64,000 nucleotides of DNA. It comes from Phaeosaccion multiseriatum. Lineage: Eukaryota > Protista > Ochrophyta, other classes. The DNA is taken from NCBI GenBank assembly GCA_965112735.1, contig OZ218960.1:2170001-2234000 (forward strand), written 5' to 3'. This document shows positions 21,201-33,800 of the stretch, one piece after another. The notes beneath the pieces are model-generated. The model did not search any database. It saw only the letters and a list, made by a program, of their open reading frames with translations, and had not been told where the DNA came from. Position 1 is the stretch's first letter. Each line of letters begins with the position of its first letter. A program made the position numbers and the translations under genes.

Positions 21201-24200
21201 TTGGGCACAGTACATCCCAGCAAAGCACTGTATGGTCATACACCAGCCTTGTGGGGCCTTGGCAGGCCTCGAGCCGCCCAATCTGGCTCTTTGCTTCGCC
21301 ATGGAAGGCGCTTCTGGGGGCACAAGCAGCCCGAATGAGGCGTTGGCTGGCCGAAGCGGGCCTGCGCGAGGCATTGGTTGGGCACAGTGCATCCCAGCAA
21401 AGCACTGTATGGCCATACACCAGCCGTGTGGGGCCTTGGTAGGCCTCGAGCCGCCCAATCTGGCTCTTTGCTTCGCCATGGAAGGCGCTTCTGGGGCACA
21501 AGCAGCCCGAATGAGGCGTTTGCTGGCCGGTGCGGGCCTGCGCTAGGCATTGGTTGGGCACAGTACATCCCAGCAAAGCACTGTATGGTCATACACCAGC
21601 CTTGTGGGGCCTTGGCAGGCCGAGCCGCCCAATCTGGCTCTTTGCTTCGCCATGGAAGGCGCTTCTGGGGGCACAAGCAGCCTGAATGAGGCGTTTGCTG
21701 GCCGGTGCGGGCCTGTGCGAGGCATTGGTTGGGCACAATGTATCCCAGCAAAGCACTGTATGGCCATACACCAGCCGTGGGGGGCCTTGGCAGGCCTCGA
21801 GCCGCCCAATCTGGCTCTTTGCTTCGCCATGGAAGGCGCTTTCTTATTATTGCGGGCACAAGCAGCCCGAATGAGGCGTTTGCTGGCCGGTGCGGGCCTG
21901 CACGAGGCATTGGTTGGGCACAGTGCATCCCAGCAAAGCACTGTATGGCCATACACCAGCCGTGTGGGGCCTTGGCAGGCCTCGAGCCGCCCAATCTGGC
22001 TCTTTGCTTCGCCATGGAAGGCGCTTTCTTATTATTGCGGGCACAAGCAGCCCGAATGAGGCGTTTGCTGGTCGATGCGGGCCTGCGGTAGGCATTGGTT
22101 GGATACAATGTATCCCAGCAAAGCACTGTATGGCCATACACCAGCCGTGTGGGGCCTTGGCAGACCTCGAGCCGCCCAATCTGGCTCTTTATTGCTTCGC
22201 CATGGAAGGCGCTTTCTTATTATTGCGGGCACAAGCAGCCTGAATGAGGCGTTTGCTGGCCGGTGCGGGCCTGTGCGAGGCATTGGTTGGGCACAATGTA
22301 TCCCAGCAAAGCACTGTATGGCCATACACCAGCCTTGTGGGGCCTTGGCAGGCCGAGCCGCCCAATCTGGCTCTTTGCTTCGCCATGGAAGGCGCTTCTG
22401 GGGGCACAAGCAGCCTGAATGAGGCGTTTGCTGGCCGGTGCGGGCCTGTGCGAGGCATTGGTTGGGCACAATGTATCCCAGCAAAGCACTGTATGGCCAT
22501 ACACCAGCCGTGGGGGGCCTTGGCAGGCCTCGAGCCGCCCAATCTGGCTCTTTGCTTCGCCATGGAAGGCGCTTTCTTATCATTGCGGGCACAAGCAGCA
22601 CTGTATGGCCATACACCAGCCTTGTGGGGCCTTGGCAGGCCTCGAGCCGCCCAATCTGGCTCTTTGCTTCGCCATGGAAGGCGCTTCTGGGGACACAAGC
22701 AGCCCGAATGAGGCGTTTGCTGGCCGGTGCCGGCCTGCGCTAGGCATTGGTTGGGCACAGTGCCTCCCAGCAAAGCACTGTATGGCCATACACCAGCCGT
22801 GTGGGGCCTTGGCAGGCCTCGAGCCGCCCAATCTGGCTCTTTGCTGCGCTGCTGACATGGAAGGCGCTTTCTTATTATTGCGGGCACAAGCAGCCCGAAT
22901 GAGGCGTTTGCTGGCCGATGCGGGCATGCGCTAGGCATTGGTTGGGCACAGTGTATCCCAGCAAAGCACTGTATGGCAATACACCAGCCGTGTGGGGCCT
23001 TGGCAGGCCTCGAGCCGCCCAATCTGGCTCTTTGCTTCGCCATGGAAGGCGCTTTCTTATCATTGCGGGCACAAGCAGCCTGAATGAGGCGTTTGCTGGC
23101 CGGTGCGGGCCTGTGCGAGGCATTGGTTGGGCACAGTACATCCCAGCAAAGCACTGTATGGCCATACACCAGCCGTGTGGGGCCTTGGCAGGCCTCGAGC
23201 CGCCCAATCTGGCTCTTTGCTTCGCCATGGAAGGCGCTTTCTTATTATTGCGGGCACAAGCAGCCTGAATGAGGCGTTTGCTGGCCGGTGCGGGCCTGCG
23301 CTAGGCATTGGTTGGGCACAGTACATCCCAGCAAAGCACTGTATGGTCATACACCAGCCTTGTGGGGCCTTGGCAGGCCTCGAGCCGCCCAATCTGGCTC
23401 TTTGCTTCGCCATGGAAGGCGCTTCTGGGGGCACAAGCAGCCCGAATGAGGCGTTGGCTGGCCGAAGCGGGCCTGCGCGAGGCATTGGTTGGGCACAGTG
23501 CATCCCAGCAAAGCACTGTATGGCCATACACCAGCCGTGTGGGGCCTTGGTAGGCCTCGAGCCGCCCAATCTGGCTCTTTGCTTCGCCATGGAAGGCGCT
23601 TCTGGGGCACAAGCAGCCCGAATGAGGCGTTTGCTGGCCGGTGCGGGCCTGCGCTAGGCATTGGTTGGGCACAGTACATCCCAGCAAAGCACTGTATGGT
23701 CATACACCAGCCTTGTGGGGCCTTGGCAGGCCGAGCCGCCCAATCTGGCTCTTTGCTTCGCCATGGAAGGCGCTTCTGGGGGCACAAGCAGCCTGAATGA
23801 GGCGTTTGCTGGCCGGTGCGGGCCTGTGCGAGGCATTGGTTGGGCACAATGTATCCCAGCAAAGCACTGTATGGCCATACACCAGCCGTGTGGGGCCTTG
23901 GCAGGCCTCGAGCCGCCCAATCTGGCTCTTTGCTTCGCCATGGAAGGCGCTTTCTTATTATTGCGGGCACAAGCAGCCCGAATGAGGCGTTTGCTGGCCG
24001 GTGCGGGCCTGCACGAGGCATTGGTTGGGCACAGTGCATCCCAGCAAAGCACTGTATGGCCATACACCAGCCGTGTGGGGCCTTGGCAGGCCTCGAGCCG
24101 CCCAATCTGGCTCTTTGCTTCGCCATGGAAGGCGCTTTCTTATTATTGCGGGCACAAGCAGCCCGAATGAGGCGTTTGCTGGCCGATGCGGGCCTGCGGT

Positions 24201-27200
24201 AGGCATTGGTTGGATACAATGTATCCCAGCAAAGCACTGTATGGTCATACACCAGCCTTGTGGGGCCTTGGCAGGCCGAGCCGCCCAATCTGGCTCTTTG
24301 CTTCGCCATGGAAGGCGCTTCTGGGGGCACAAGCAGCCTGAATGAGGCGTTTGCTGGCCGGTGCGGGCCTGTGCGAGGCATTGGTTGGGCACAATGTATC
24401 CCAGCAAAGCACTGTATGGCCATACACCAGCCGTGGGGGGCCTTGGCAGGCCTCGAGCCGCCCAATCTGGCTCTTTGCTTCGCCATGGAAGGCGCTTTCT
24501 TATCATTGCGGGCACAAGCAGCACTGTATGGCCATACACCAGCCGTGTGGGGCCTTGGCAGGCCTCGAGCCGCCCAATCTGGCTCTTTGCTTCGCCATGG
24601 AAGGCGCTTCTGGGGACACAAGCAGCCCGAATGAGGCGTTTGCTGGCCGGTGCCGGCCTGCGCTAGGCATTGGTTGGGCACAGTGCCTCCCAGCAAAGCA
24701 CTGTATGGCCATACACCAGCCGTGTGGGGCCTTGGCAGGCCTCGAGCCGCCCAATCTGGCTCTTTGCTGCGCTGCTGACATGGAAGGCGCTTTCTTATTA
24801 TTGCGGGCACAAGCAGCCCGAATGAGGCGTTTGCTGGCCGATGCGGGCATGCGCTAGGCATTGGTTGGGCACAGTGTATCCCAGCAAAGCACTGTATGGC
24901 AATACACCAGCCGTGTGGGGCCTTGGCAGGCCTCGAGCCGCCCAATCTGGCTCTTTGCTTCGCCATGGAAGGCGCTTTCTTATCATTGCGGGCACAAGCA
25001 GCCTGAATGAGGCGTTTGCTGGCCGGTGCGGGCCTGTGCGAGGCATTGGTTGGGCACAGTACATCCCAGCAAAGCACTGTATGGCCATACACCAGCCGTG
25101 TGGGGCCTTGGCAGGCCTCGAGCCGCCCAATCTGGCTCTTTGCTTCGCCATGGAAGGCGCTTTCTTATTATTGCGGGCACAAGCAGCCTGAATGAGGCGT
25201 TTGCTGGCCGGTGCGGGCCTGCGCTAGGCATTGGTTGGGCACAGTACATCCCAGCAAAGCACTGTATGGTCATACACCAGCCTTGTGGGGCCTTGGCAGG
25301 CCTCGAGCCGCCCAATCTGGCTCTTTGCTTCGCCATGGAAGGCGCTTCTGGGGGCACAAGCAGCCCGAATGAGGCGTTGGCTGGCCGAAGCGGGCCTGCG
25401 CGAGGCATTGGTTGGGCACAGTGCATCCCAGCAAAGCACTGTATGGCCATACACCAGCCGTGTGGGGCCTTGGTAGGCCTCGAGCCGCCCAATCTGGCTC
25501 TTTGCTTCGCCATGGAAGGCGCTTCTGGGGCACAAGCAGCCCGAATGAGGCGTTTGCTGGCCGGTGCGGGCCTGCGCTAGGCATTGGTTGGGCACAGTAC
25601 ATCCCAGCAAAGCACTGTATGGTCATACACCAGCCTTGTGGGGCCTTGGCAGGCCGAGCCGCCCAATCTGGCTCTTTGCTTCGCCATGGAAGGCGCTTCT
25701 GGGGGCACAAGCAGCCTGAATGAGGCGTTTGCTGGCCGGTGCGGGCCTGTGCGAGGCATTGGTTGGGCACAATGTATCCCAGCAAAGCACTGTATGGCCA
25801 TACACCAGCCGTGTGGGGCCTTGGCAGGCCTCGAGCCGCCCAATCTGGCTCTTTGCTTCGCCATGGAAGGCGCTTTCTTATTATTGCGGGCACAAGCAGC
25901 CCGAATGAGGCGTTTGCTGGCCGGTGCGGGCCTGCACGAGGCATTGGTTGGGCACAGTGCATCCCAGCAAAGCACTGTATGGCCATACACCAGCCGTGTG
26001 GGGCCTTGGCAGGCCTCGAGCCGCCCAATCTGGCTCTTTGCTTCGCCATGGAAGGCGCTTTCTTATTATTGCGGGCACAAGCAGCCCGAATGAGGCGTTT
26101 GCTGGCCGATGCGGGCCTGCGGTAGGCATTGGTTGGATACAATGTATCCCAGCAAAGCACTGTATGGCCATACACCAGCCGTGTGGGGCCTTGGCAGACC
26201 TCGAGCCGCCCAATCTGGCTCTTTATTGCTTCGCCATGGAAGGCGCTTTCTTATTATTGCGGGCACAAGCAGCCTGAATGAGGCGTTTGCTGGCCGGTGC
26301 GGGCCTGTGCGAGGCATTGGTTGGGCACAATGTATCCCAGCAAAGCACTGTATGGCCATACACCAGCCGTGTGGGGCCTTGGCAGGCCTCGAGCCGCCCA
26401 ATCTGGCTCTTTGCTTCGCCATGGAAGGCGCTTTCTTATTATTGCGGGCACAAGCAGCCCGAATGAGGCGTTTGCTGGCCGGTGCGGGCCTGCGCGAGGC
26501 ATTGGTTGGATACAATGTATCCCAGCAAAGCACTGTATGGCCATACACCAGCCGTGTGGGGCCTTGGCAGGCCTCGAGCCGCCCAATCTGGCTCTTTGCT
26601 TCGCCATGGAAGGCGCTTTCTTATTATTGCGGGCACAAGCAGCCCGAATGAGGCGTTTGCTGGCCGGTGCGGGCCTGCGCGAGGCATTGGTTGGGCACAG
26701 TGCATCCCAGCAAAGCACTGTATGGCCATACACCAGCCGTGTGGGGCCTTGGTAGGCCTCGAGCCGCCCAATCTGGCTCTTTGCTTCGCCATGGAAGGCG
26801 CTTCTGGGGCACAAGCAGCCCGAATGAGGCGTTTGCTGGCCGGTGCGGGCCTGTGCGAGGCATTGGTTGGGCACAATGTATCCCAGCAAAGCACTGTATG
26901 GCCATACACCAGCCGTGTGGGGCCTTGGCAGGCCTCGAGCCGCCCAATCTGGCTCTTTGCTGCTCTGCTGACATGGAAGGCGCTTTCTTATTATTGCGGG
27001 CACAAGCAGCCCGAATGAGGCGTTTGCTGGCCGATGCGGGCATGCGCTAGGCATTGGTTGGGCACAGTGTATCCCAGCAAAGCACTGTATGGCAATACAC
27101 CAGCCGTGTGGGGCCTTGGCAGGCCTCGAGCCGCCCAATTTGGCTCTTTGCTTCGCCATGGAAGGCGCTTCTGGGGGCACAAGCAGCCCGAATGAGGCGT

Positions 27201-30200
27201 TTGCTGGCCGGTGCGGGCCTGCGCTAGGCATTGGTTGGGCACAGTGCATCCCAGCAAAGCACTGTATGGCCATACACCAGCCGTGTGGGGCCTTGGCAGG
27301 CCTCGAGCCGCCCAATTTGGCTCTTTGCTTCGCTGCTGACATGGAAGGCGCTTTCTTATTATTGCGGGCACAAGCAGCCCGAATGAGGCGTTTGCTGGCC
27401 GGTGCGGGCCTGCGCTAGGCATTGGTTGGGCACAGTGCATCCCAGCAAAGCACTGTATGGCCATACACCAGCCGTGTGGGGCCTTGGCAGGCCTCGAGCC
27501 GCCCAATCTGGCTCTTTGCTTCGCCATGGAAGGCGCTTTCTTATTATTGCGGGCACAAGCAGCCCGAATGAGGCGTTTGCTGGCCGGTGCGGGCCTGCGC
27601 GAGGCATTGGTTGGGCACAGTGCATCCCAGCAAAGCACTGTATGGCCATACACCAGCCGTGTGGGGCCTTGGCAGGCCTCGAGCCGCCCAATCTGGCTCT
27701 TTGCTTCGCCATGGAAGGCGCTTTCTTATTATTGCGGGCACAAGCAGCCTGAATGAGGCGTTTGCTGGCCGGTGCGGGCCTGTGCGAGGCATTGGTTGGG
27801 CACAATGTATCCCAGCAAAGCACTGTATGGCCATACACCAGCCGTGGGGGGCCTTGGCAGGCCTCGAGCCGCCCAATCTGGCTCTTTGCTTCGCCATGGA
27901 AGGCGCTTCTGGGGGCACAAGCAGCCCGAATGAGGCGTTTGCTGGCCGATGCGGGCCTGCGCGAGGCATTGGTTGGGCACAGTGCATCCCAGCAAAGCAC
28001 TATATGGCCATACACCAGCCGTGTGGGGCCTTGGCAGGCCTCGAGCCGCCCAATCTGGCTCTTTGCTTCGCCATTGAAGGCGCTTTCTTATTATTGCGGG
28101 CACAAGCAGCCCGAATGAGGCGTTTGCTGGCCGAAGCGGGCCTGCGCTAGGCATTGGTTGGATACAATGTATCCCAGCAAAGCACTGTATGGCCATACAC
28201 CAGCCGTGTGGGGCCTTGGCAGGCCTCGAGCCGCCCAATCTGGCTCTTTATTGCTTCGCCATGGAAGGCGCTTTCTTATTATTGCGGGCACAAGCAGCCT
28301 GAATGAGGCGTTTGCTGGCCGGTGCGGGCCTGTGCGAGGCATTGGTTGGGCACAATGTATCCCAGCAAAGCACTGTATGGCCATACACCAGCCGTGTGGG
28401 GCCTTGGCAGGCCTCGAGCCGCCCAATCTGGCTCTTTGCTTCGCCATGGAAGGCGCTTTCTTATTATTGCGGGCACAAGCAGCCTGAATGAGGCGTTTGC
28501 TGGCCGGTGCGGGCCTGCGCTAGGCATTGGTTGGGCACAGTACATCCCAGCAAAGCACTGTATGGTCATACACCAGCCTTGTGGGGCCTTGGCAGGCCTC
28601 GAGCCGCCCAATCTGGCTCTTTGCTTCGCCATGGAAGGCGCTTCTGGGGGCACAAGCAGCCCGAATGAGGCGTTGGCTGGCCGAAGCGGGCCTGCGCGAG
28701 GCATTGGTTGGGCACAGTGCATCCCAGCAAAGCACTGTATGGCCATACACCAGCCGTGTGGGGCCTTGGTAGGCCTCGAGCCGCCCAATCTGGCTCTTTG
28801 CTTCGCCATGGAAGGCGCTTCTGGGGGCACAAGCAGCCTGAATGAGGCGTTTGCTGGCCGGTGCGGGCCTGTGCGAGGCATTGGTTGGGCACAATGTATC
28901 CCAGCAAAGCACTGTATGGCCATACACCAGCCGTGGGGGGCCTTGGCAGGCCTCGAGCCGCCCAATCTGGCTCTTTGCTTCGCCATGGAAGGCGCTTTCT
29001 TATCATTGCGGGCACAAGCAGCACTGTATGGCCATACACCAGCCGTGTGGGGCCTTGGCAGGCCTCGAGCCGCCCAATCTGGCTCTTTGCTTCGCCATGG
29101 AAGGCGCTTCTGGGGACACAAGCAGCCCGAATGAGGCGTTTGCTGGCCGGTGCCGGCCTGCGCGAGGCATTGGTTGGGCACAGTGCCTCCCAGCAAAGCA
29201 CTGTATGGCCATACACCAGCCGTGTGGGGCCTTGGCAGGCCTCGAGCCGCCCAATCTGGCTCTTTGCTGCGCTGCTGACATGGAAGGCGCTTTCTTATTA
29301 TTGCGGGCACAAGCAGCCCGAATGAGGCGTTTGCTGGCCGATGCGGGCATGCGCTAGGCATTGGTTGGGCACAGTGTATCCCAGCAAAGCACTGTATGGC
29401 AATACACCAGCCGTGTGGGGCCTTGGCAGGCCTCGAGCCGCCCAATTTGGCTCTTTGCTTCGCCATGGAAGGCGCTTCTGGGGGCACAAGCAGCCCGAAT
29501 GAGGCATTTGCTGGCCGGTGCGGGCCTGCGCTAGGCATTGGTTGGGCACAGTGCATCCCAGCAAAGCACTGTATGGCCATACACCAGCCGTGTGGGGCCT
29601 TGGCAGGCCTCGAGCCGCCCAATTTGGCTCTTTGCTTCGCTGCTGACATGGAAGGCGCTTTCTTATCATTGCGGGCACAAGCAGCCCGAATGAGGCGTTT
29701 GCTGGCCGGTGCGCGCCTGCGCTAGGCATTGGTTGGGCACAGTGCATCCCAGCAAAGCACTGTATGGCCATACACCAGCCGTGTGGGGCCTTGGCAGGCC
29801 TCGAGCCGCCCAATTTGGCTCTTTGCTTCGCTGCTGACATGGAAGGCGCTTTCTTATTATTGCGGGCACAAGCAGCCCGAATGAGGCGTTTGCTGGCCGG
29901 TGCGGGCCTGCGCTAGGCATTGGTTGGGCACAGTGCATCCCAGCAAAGCACTGTATGGCCATACACCAGCCGTGTGGGGCCTTGGCAGGCCTCGAGCCGC
30001 CCAATCTGGCTCTTTGCTTCGCCATGGAAGGCGCTTCTGGGGGCACAAGCAGCCCGAATGAGGCATTTGCTGGCTGATGCGGGCCTGCGCTAGGCATTGG
30101 TTGGGCACAGTGCCTCCCAGCAAAGCACTGTATGGCCATACACCAGCCGTGTGGGGCCTTGGTAGGCCTCGAGCCGCCCAATCTGGCTCTTTGCTTCGCT

Positions 30201-30283
30201 GCTGACATGGAAGGCGCTTTCTTATCATTGCGGGCACAAGCAGCCCGAATGAGGCGTTTGCTGGCCGGTGCGGGCCTGCGCTA
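9225..30283. repeat. Satellite DNA array, roughly 110-115 monomers of 175-191 bp with higher-order repeats; candidate centromeric satellite
   Basis: Head-to-tail monomer gcgctaggcattggttgggcacagtgcatcccagcaaagcactgtatggccatacaccagccg...ggccggtgcgggcct; length classes 175/176/177/185/188/191; variant order recurs at about 1271, 1923, 2111, 2466 and 5361 bp. Confidence 0.97.
10243..11081. mobile_element. 839-bp foldback/hairpin insertion in the satellite
   Basis: Interrupts a monomer at cccaatct|ggctc. Can be read as TGT...ACA termini with ATCT duplicated (10239-10242, 11082-11085). About 290-bp terminal inverted repeats, each beginning with a 35-bp-arm hairpin. Confidence 0.85.
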
Positions 30284-31035
30284 CACAGGTGGACAGGTGG
30301 CCCTTTGGGGGGGCTCTGGTTGAGAGTGTCGTTGAGAAAGGGCCTGCCTCTGGGCCGGGTCTCAATACGAGGGCTTGAAATCTCATGATATCATGGATGG
30401 GTCTCAACTGAGAGCGCTGCTTGAGCAGGAGCCACGGAAGTTCTGTTCTCGCAGAGTGGAGTCGACGGAGAAACAGGGTATTGAGAGCCGAGGGGTAGGG
30501 TGTGGAGCGTGGGCGCGTGTGTGGACCCCGAGGGGGGTTTTAGGATAGAAATATATATGGCAGCAGATGGAAAAGCAGTGTTCTCTGCTGCTCGAGCTCA
30601 GAAGAGGAGGAGCCCTGCTGCACTCACCACCCTACCGTGATTGAAGGAGATCGAGAGCAGGTACGCGGGGGTGTGGGCAAGCAGGGAGGAGAGTAGAGAC
30701 GGTGGTGTAGGAAAGCAAGGATCGCAGTAGGGCCCGACTGCTTCTCTTGTGAGGGTGAAGATGCTGTGTGCTTACTTGTGTCATGCTAACGGTTGCAAAC
30801 ACAAGAGGTGCCCCCAATGCTAACGGTTGCAAGGGCTTGCGCTACGCACACGCATCTAGTAGGAGTTTGAGAACCTGGGCTTGATTATGTGTGTGAAGAT
30901 GGTCCTCACGTCTAGCCCAAGGTTTTTCTTTTCCAGTTGAGAGCTGTCTTGGGTCTCAACTGAGAGCCTTACTGAGAGCCGCATTGGGTCTCAACTGAGA
31001 GCCTCCTATTGTCTGAACGTTGGTCTCAATAGGAA
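30284..31035. repeat. Region with dispersed GGGTCTCAACTGAGAGC / RTTGAGAG motifs; probable transposon subterminal region
   Basis: gggtctcaactgagagc at about 30399, 30951 and 30986; ggtctcaata at about 30358 and 31022; gttgaga at about 30319, 30331 and 30936; atgctaacggttgcaa twice at about 30783-30831. Confidence 0.5.
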
Positions 31036-31489
31036 GATTTGGTGGTATAAGCAAGTATATTCAATACGTGTCTCCTGTGTCTATGTGCACATGTGGGGGC
31101 GAAGCGGGGACACGGCAAACCTATAGACTATAAGTAGAGAGGAGGGGGGGGGGAGGAGGGGGGAAGAATCCCTGAATGTATGTCACCCCTCACTACAGGA
31201 CAATAGCACAAAACGCGTGCTGGAGGTCGTCCTCTTCGCTGTCTCGACCATCACAAGGGTGCGCCCCCGGACATACTCAAGGGCGTCTGGAATGTTCTGC
31301 TGCCCTTTCCTTTCCTCTACGAAGGAACACTCCACATATTCATAGTGTCACAAGGATCGATAGAGGCCCTCCCTGTGTACACATGAAACGGACGAGCTGG
31401 ACATGGACAGAGACAGTGGGAGGCAGAGCAGTGGGAGATGAAGATGAGAGAAGGCTAGAGAAGGGGTGGAGGTGAGGAGAGCACCTCTC

Positions 31490-31592
31490 CGCCCATACGC
31501 GTCTGCCCATACGCCTCTGCCGATATGCCTCTACCCATACGCTCTATACCCATGCGACTCTGCCCCAACGACTCTGCCCATACGCCTCTGAC
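31490..31592. repeat. Degenerate ~14-bp minisatellite (gcccatacgcctct)
   Basis: About seven imperfect tandem copies. Confidence 0.8.
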
Positions 31593-31679
31593 CGTACATC
31601 ACTAGCTACCTATACGCCTACCCTATGTTCACTGCCTACTCTTACCCCGCCTCCAAGTGTCTCACCTCTCTCAGCATCC

Positions 31680-32230
31680 TCAGCAGCATCCGAGGCAGGG
31701 CTTGTAAGGAAGCTTGACGGTATTCCGCAGCGGCGGAGACGACATTCCCCGAGCGCCCTGGAGGGAAGCGATTGACTTGCCAGTCGCCGCTGAGGCTGCT
31801 GATGCCATCTGATTGAAGGCCCGATCAACCACATTAAGCTTCCCGATGCTTTCCTCTATCGTCCGTGCGTCATGGTGCCTGTTCTCGCAGTCGTCATCCT
31901 TGAGCTGATAGGCCTCCGCAAGAGTCCTTAGGAGCGGGATGAAGTACTCGGCGTAGGTGAAGCAGTCGGAGGAGGCGAATGCACTGTGTTCCAGTATCAG
32001 AAAGAAAGGAATTCCGCACGAAGCAGCCAACTGTAGGTTTCCAAATTGCCACCTCCGATGCCGTGCCACTGCTGCTCTCTCCCACCTCCTCCTCCTCCCC
32101 GCCATCCCCGGCACTGACGACCCCTTCCACGTTATGACCCCTTCGTCTTGTTGGAGGTCTATTTCCACGAGAGCATGCGAGCCTTCATCCAATAAGAACA
32201 AGACAGTCAGCTCCTCATCATCGTAGGTAC
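31680..32230 (-). pseudogene. Degenerate Ulp1/C48-like cysteine protease fragment
   Basis: GSHALVEIDLQQDEGVITWKGS...QLAASCGIPFFL resembles the order of the C48 motifs HWxLvvID...IxyyDS...QxNxxDCGvF; the catalytic Asp position is not conserved. Confidence 0.35.
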
Positions 32231-32719
32231 CGCTGGGGGCCACAGAAAGTCCACAGGGCAGAACTCCCACATTTCTCCTCACGCACATGAGACCCCTGCG
32301 CCCCACGCTCGATTCTCCGGCATCTCCTTGCTCGTTACCATCGTCCGAACTAGCCCCATCATCCCCCCTCCCTCATGTACTCTCCTCCACCCCTCGGACA
32401 TTGCCCACCTTCCCCTGGCTGCCAGACATGAAGAGACTTGTCGGCGATGCAGGCGACGCAGTTGTGAGAGAGTGGGGCCACGCCCGCAGGGCCCGAAGGG
32501 AGCGATGGTGCAAAGCCGCTCACACACAGCCTCAAGGTGGGAGCCTGCATCAAACGGCCGAGAGCCAGAGTAGCTCTCCTCGCCCACCAGGCCTCTCGTG
32601 GATGACAAAGAGATCGAAGGCGCGATCTGAAGCTACTCCCTGCGCAATCGCAATGGGGCATCGGAGTTCCACCTCGGTCTCCTCGTAGAGCTGTTAAGAA
32701 GCGCTGAATTCCTGCCGCC

Positions 32720-33800
32720 TCAGGACCAGCGGCACCACCCTCGGCTGAGGCTGGGGCTGCTTCTTCTGTGTCCGTCGTCTGCGGGTACCGAACTTCGCTC
32801 CTCCGGGATCCTCTTCTTGCTCGCCCTCTTCGTCTGCCACCCACCGCCCCGCGCCCCAGCTGTCCTGGCTGGAAGAGCGTTCCGCACGCGCACAACCCAA
32901 ACCTGACCCACACCGCTGTCATACGTGTATACGTGATCACCCGCAACGGCAAGAGACCCGAGACTGACGAAGCGGTCATCCTTTACGACGACCTGGCTGC
33001 ACATCAGCAGGCACGTGATGGACCTTGATCATCGCTGCGCAGACTCTTGTCTTTGCTGTCGGCGCCGAAAACCATACGAGAATGAGCAAGGTAGTCCACA
33101 CCCATTGACTTCTGAGTCACCGCCGCCAGGTTCTGAGCCCAAAACCTCCGCGGCTCTGGGCAGACGGGTGTCGAAATGAGCGCAAGTAAGTCCCCGAGCC
33201 CGCTCCTCGTCAGATGAAAAAAAGAGAGCAGACTCCACTGAGAAAGGATTCTTGTTGAGAATTGCGTTGTATACAACCGCGGCTCTCACTGCCTCCCATC
33301 GTAGCCGATCTTCGTCTTTGTAGCGTGCGTGGAGAGTCCTCAATGCGAGCGGCCAGCCTCTATAGAACACAAACGAATTGAAGGCAATAAATAGCCCTTA
33401 GGTTTTTGGGCATGTGAGGTCCGTCAGGCACCGCCTCAAAGGCCTCAAAGGCTCCCAGTGATCCATGGTCTCCAAGTGTCACTGAGGAACACCTCCGAAT
33501 GGCTGAAGGTGAGCTGCGGGCCGCAGCAATCTGATGAGATGCTGTGCACTCTAAGGCCCTTGCACGTGAGCCCTCTTGCTCTGCATCTTGAACACACTCT
33601 GCTGGAAAAGTGCGTGCCGCTGCGAACACAAACGCGGTCAGCATCCCCACAAGGACCCCCCCCCTCACTGGGACAAGTGCGATGGCATCGCAAGTCCACC
33701 TCATAACATCCCATGATGGCCTCTCCCGCCGCGATTCGCCTCCAGAAAGCTTCGAGACAAGGGATGCACACACGCGACGCCACCATGATGTCGCTCACAC
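32720..33800 (-). pseudogene. Frameshifted DDE transposase remnant, P-element/THAP9-like (Kolobok not excluded)
   Basis: AVPDGPHMPKNLRA matches DxPHxxKxxR; after a frame change come LRWEAVRA and NPFSVESALFFSS, like the W..I..L and M.V..A..lFS blocks of P transposases; multiple stops and frameshifts. Confidence 0.45.

Noticed and set aside
28105-28152. Hammerhead-like junction CYGAAUGA-GGC..GCC-GAA-GCG..CGC-UA in the monomer
   Set aside because: The core has an extra base, GAAA is never present (GAAG/GAUG/GGUG), CUGA and GAA were not seen together in one monomer, and stem I is out of register.
9225-30283. CRISPR-like array
   Set aside because: No unique spacers, monomers are near-identical along their length, no cas genes, and the context is eukaryotic.
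9221-30287. CACA on both sides of the array as a TSD
   Set aside because: The left CACA is the conserved LTR terminus seen in all three LTR copies, so the match is probably coincidental.
8977-30323. Hundreds of overlapping ORFs up to 581 aa
   Set aside because: Satellite read-through; most monomer lengths are not multiples of 3 and frames shuffle.
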